Origin: an uncultured Christensenella sp.
GTDB lineage: Bacteria; Bacillota; Clostridia; Christensenellales; UBA3700
NCBI GenBank assembly: GCA_949298505.1
Contig: CASFWW010000023.1
Coordinates: 1,801 to 65,800, forward strand
Direction: 5' to 3'
DNA: 64,000 nt
Below the pieces are notes generated by a model. That model made no database searches and was not told the origin of the DNA. It saw nothing but the letters and a program-made list of their open reading frames with translations. Made by a program: the position numbers and the translations under genes. Of this stretch, positions 63,967-64,000 are shown one piece after another. Positions within the stretch are counted from its first letter, which is position 1. The number at the start of each line of letters is the position of its first letter.

Positions 63967-64000
63967 TTACCTCTCGTATTTTATCTTTCCTTCCACCACG
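63967..64000 (-). CDS. 3' end of an upstream gene, possibly dihydroorotase (partial)
   Basis: Reads VVEGKIKYER-stop, typical of an amidohydrolase C-terminus, just upstream of pyrF; only 10 codons are visible. Confidence 0.4.
   Translation of the reverse strand, partial: VVEGKIKYER

Overview
Chromosomal core-genome window from a Clostridia-type Firmicute (sigmaA TTGACA/TATAAT promoters, GGAGG Shine-Dalgarno sites, rpsD inside the alpha operon, Zn-type S14/L36). From left to right: the 3' end of a PcrA/UvrD helicase; a nitrogen-assimilation locus made of a leftward glnN(GSIII)-asnB-guaA-pyrG-carA-carB-dapF-dapL run and a divergent rightward run of a three-way-split glutamate synthase, a degenerate GSI-like protein and an ANTAR antiterminator; azlCD; a DUF1508 gene; an orphan ORF; LacI plus a GH36-like glycosidase; an enoate-reductase-like flavoprotein; malQ-PPTase-acpP; an alpha/beta hydrolase; the complete S10-spc-alpha ribosomal cluster; XRE plus a membrane protein; a DUF1858 gene; an SPFH/zinc-ribbon pair; an M1 peptidase; and a pyrF-pyrK-pyrD-pyrE-punA-amidohydrolase-ABC-F-Lrp-aminotransferase run. 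No tRNA, rRNA, IS element, phage gene or CRISPR array was seen. The best candidate for an undescribed system is the nitrogen locus. Both divergent operons start with a sigmaA promoter, then a shared 18-nt element that folds into a single ANTAR-type AxxGxx hairpin overlapping an intrinsic terminator. The ANTAR protein has a non-phosphorylatable pseudo-receiver and follows a truncated GSI-like protein whose catalytic flap Glu appears to be Lys, suggesting a kinase-free, GS-like-sensor-controlled antitermination switch (inference). Also notable: an unannotated 38-aa Cys-rich peptide facing an ~85-nt candidate sRNA with an anti-RBS/AUG motif (54.2-54.65 kb), and a 5' hairpin leader shared by two neighbouring genes. 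All family calls come from motif recognition; no database search was run.
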